Source: an uncultured candidate division Zixibacteria bacterium (lineage in GTDB: Bacteria > Zixibacteria > MSB-5A5 > UBA10806 > 4484-95). From it: 64,000 bases of DNA. The position numbers and the translations under genes are program-made. The notes under the pieces were generated by a model. That model was not told the DNA's origin and ran no database searches. It worked only from the letters and a program-made list of their open reading frames with translations. The stretch covers positions 96,001 to 160,000 of the forward strand of contig CAXXKA010000008.1 of assembly GCA_963668625.2 (NCBI GenBank), in the 5' to 3' direction. Positions 61,344-64,000 of this stretch are shown here, in pieces; position 1 is the first letter of the stretch, and every line of letters begins with the position of its first letter.

Positions 61344-63033
61344 ATGACTAAGCCCTTAAAGAGTAAACAATCATCCTCAGAGTTTCTGCCTTACGGCAAG
61401 AAACACTACAGCGATTTAAAGCGCCGTAACATAATCAGGCTTTTACTTACCTATACCGCCCCCCTGGTCATCCTGACGATACTCTTTTATTTCCAATATA
61501 ATTCGCTGATATCAGAAAGCCAGCGTCTTCACTTGAAATCCATAGCCGAGAACCAGGCCAACACGCTCGATTTGTTTTTAAGCGAACGCGTGGTTAACCT
61601 TTCCAACCTGATTTACGATCCACGGCTGCAACTGCCGCCCTCCTCGCGGGGGTATGCAGGAATTTCTAGAGCAGCTCAAGATGAATAGTGAGACATTCGT
61701 CGATATCGGTTTTTTCGATCAGGCTGGTGTGCAGGTTGCTTACGCCGGTCCTTTCCCCTCGCTGGAAAAGCGTAACTATAGCTCCGAGGAATGGTATGCA
61801 TCATTAAAGGAAAGCGAGAATGATTATATCATCACCGATATTTATCTGGGTTTTCGTCAAGAGCCGCATTTCACGATTGCGGTTAACCGCGTTATCGATA
61901 AGAAGTACGTGGTGTTGAGGGCAACGTTAAGCCCGGATAAGATGTATGATTACATTCGTACCCTAAGCGGCGCTAACGAGGTTTTCACCTCTATCGTTAA
62001 TGATGAGGGTTACTACCAGTTGGTTACCCCGCACATCGGTACGCTTCTGGATTCCTCCTCGCTTGTTCCTCCCAAGGAGCCGTCACTGGGCGCTGAAAAA
62101 ATCAAGATCAAAAGGATATCGATTAACTATGCGTACTCGTGGCTAAGAAGCGCCTCCTGGGCATTGATAGTACAGTATTCGACCGGCCAGGAGACCGGAA
62201 GGTTTTGGAGTTTCGGTTTCATGATTATTTTTTCGGCGCTGGTGATTATCATTGTCACGTTTTTCATAATCATATCGCGCGCCAATAATATAGTTGCCAT
62301 GCAGTTGGAGGCCGACCGTACGCGCGTACAGTTGGAGCATGCCGCCAAGCTGGCCTCGGTGGGAGAGCTGGCGGCGGGCATAGCCCACGAGATAAATAAC
62401 CCGCTGGCGGTGATAAACGAAGAGGCCGGACTAATAAAGGATTTGATGAATCCTGAGTTTGGGGAGCAGCTCGGCCCGGAGGAGATGCAAGCGAGGCTTA
62501 CCACTATTCAACAATCGGCATTCAGGGCTCGCGATATAACTCGTAAGTTGCTCGGGTTCGTTCGCAAAACCGATATTAATCTTCAGGTACGGGATGTACA
62601 TAAAATAATAGATGCTGTCGTGGATGGTCTTCTGGGGCAGGAACTGGTAGTTTCCAACGTTGAAATCGTTAAAAAGTACGACCGCTCGCTGCCGCAAATA
62701 ACCACGGATGACAATCAGCTTCAGCAGGTGTTTCTGAATATTATCAATAACGGTGTCGATGCTCTGCAAGGTAAATCCGGTCAAATAGTAATTGTGACTT
62801 TTCAAAGAGACAATATGTTGGCTATCGCCATTAAAGATACGGGATGCGGTATAACGCCCGAGAATTTGGAGAAAATATTCATGCCGTTCCATACCACCAA
62901 AGAAGTAGGTAAGGGAACCGGCCTGGGCTTATCGGTAAGCTATGGAATCATAAAAAGTCTGGGAGGCAAAATAGAGGTGGAAAGCGCCCCGGAGCATGGG
63001 ACGACATTCACTATATCCCTTCCCATCAAATAA
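61344..63033 (+). pseudogene. Cache-domain sensor histidine kinase split by a +1 frameshift (ORFs 61344-61688 and 61654-63033)
   Basis: TM1 in first ORF; sensor domain, TM2, AHEINNPL, N/G boxes and GTGLGL in second; removing one G from G5 at 61648-61652 joins the frames. Confidence 0.8.
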
Positions 63034-63092
63034 TACGTGAAATGAATGAATAACGATCGGGATCAGTATCACTAAAGTATATCGGAGAATGA

Positions 63093-63650
63093 ATGAATAA
63101 AAGAAAAGTAAAAGATTTGATGATACCGCTTTCGGAATACGCCGTAGTACCCGAAAACGCTACCCTGATGGAGGCCATAACCGAGCTCGATAAAGCTATC
63201 TTGAAACTGCCTCCCGGCCGTCAAAAGCATCGCGCGGTACTGGTTGCCGACAGCAACAAAAAAATCGTTGGTAAGATAGGGCATCAGGCCTTTCTCAAAG
63301 CGCTCGAGCCGAAATACAAAGTGCTGGGAGATCGGGAGACACTCGACCGTGTCGGTCTTCAGGATGAATTCGTCGAGTCGATGATGCAACACTACCAGTA
63401 CTTCCAGGATGATTTATCGGATTTGTGTAGCCGCGCCTCTAACATGAAAGCCCGTGATGTCATGCATCATGTTTCCGAAAGTGTCGATGAGGATGACTCG
63501 CTGGCCGAGGGCGCGCATAAGCTTATCATCAATCATGCGCTTTCTATTCTGGTAATACGTGATGAGAAAGTCGTGGGCGTGCTAAGAATTTCAGATTTAT
63601 TCGAGGAACTCACCAGTGAAATGAAGCGGCTCGCGGAAGCCGGTCAATAA
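63093..63650 (+). CDS. CBS-domain protein
   Basis: VKDLM.P...Y..V, ARDVM, VVGVLR.SDLF. Confidence 0.85.
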   Translation: MNKRKVKDLMIPLSEYAVVPENATLMEAITELDKAILKLPPGRQKHRAVLVADSNKKIVGKIGHQAFLKALEPKYKVLGDRETLDRVGLQDEFVESMMQHYQYFQDDLSDLCSRASNMKARDVMHHVSESVDEDDSLAEGAHKLIINHALSILVIRDEKVVGVLRISDLFEELTSEMKRLAEAGQ

Positions 63651-63667
63651 CCGAATGGAGCTTCAGG

Positions 63668-64000
63668 ATGCCTAAAGTATTACTTGTAGATGATGAACAT
63701 GAGTTTCGGCAGTCACTGGCCAAACGGTTAAATCTTCGCGGCTATGAAACCGTGGATGTTGACAATGGCGAGGACGCCATAAAACAAATCCGTCAGGAAA
63801 GCGAGATAGATATCGTTCTGCTCGATCGACAAATGCCCGGCATGGATGGCGAGCAGGCATTGAGAGAGATGAAAAGTTTCCGACCCGAACTCCAGATAAT
63901 AATGCTAACAGCACACGGTTCGATGGAGTCGGCGATGGAAACCGGCCGTCTGGATGCATACTCCTATTTGCAGAAACCGGCCGAGTTCGAAGACCTGGTG
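63668..64000 (+). CDS. Response regulator receiver domain (runs off window end)
   Basis: Not in track: MPKVLLVDDE...IVLLDRQMPGMDG...MLTAHG...YLQKP. Confidence 0.92.
   Translation, partial: MPKVLLVDDEHEFRQSLAKRLNLRGYETVDVDNGEDAIKQIRQESEIDIVLLDRQMPGMDGEQALREMKSFRPELQIIMLTAHGSMESAMETGRLDAYSYLQKPAEFEDLV

Overview
Chromosomal window from a bacterium that is probably anaerobic and FCB-group-like. This is inferred from two proteins with YPNPFN-type (T9SS/Por-type) C-terminal domains, a MoxR-DUF58-Bat operon, and FprA, rubredoxin and hemerythrin genes. Housekeeping genes (tsaD, gyrB, rpoN-hpf-hprK, fumC-like, KtrAB, tpx) are interspersed with many small mobile repeats: a 255-bp MITE with 9-bp target duplications, a second ~145-bp MITE, and several REP/REPIN families. 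There is also a tandem pair of REP-flanked RAYT transposases. The main result is an IS110-family (IS1111-type) element at 34526-35976 whose RNA-guided logic can be read from the sequence. Its 3' non-coding region holds two parallel guide modules, one matching the reconstructed target (GCAGGAAAG|GATT) and one matching the circle junction. Circularisation builds a TTGACA-N17-TATGTT promoter, and a perfect empty target lies 175 bp upstream. The second result is an AT-rich DUF2971-DUF3800 gene pair with a convergent candidate ~60-nt structured RNA bounded by its own promoter and terminator. No rRNA, tRNA or CRISPR array was recognised. All product calls come from motif recognition by eye, not from database searches.
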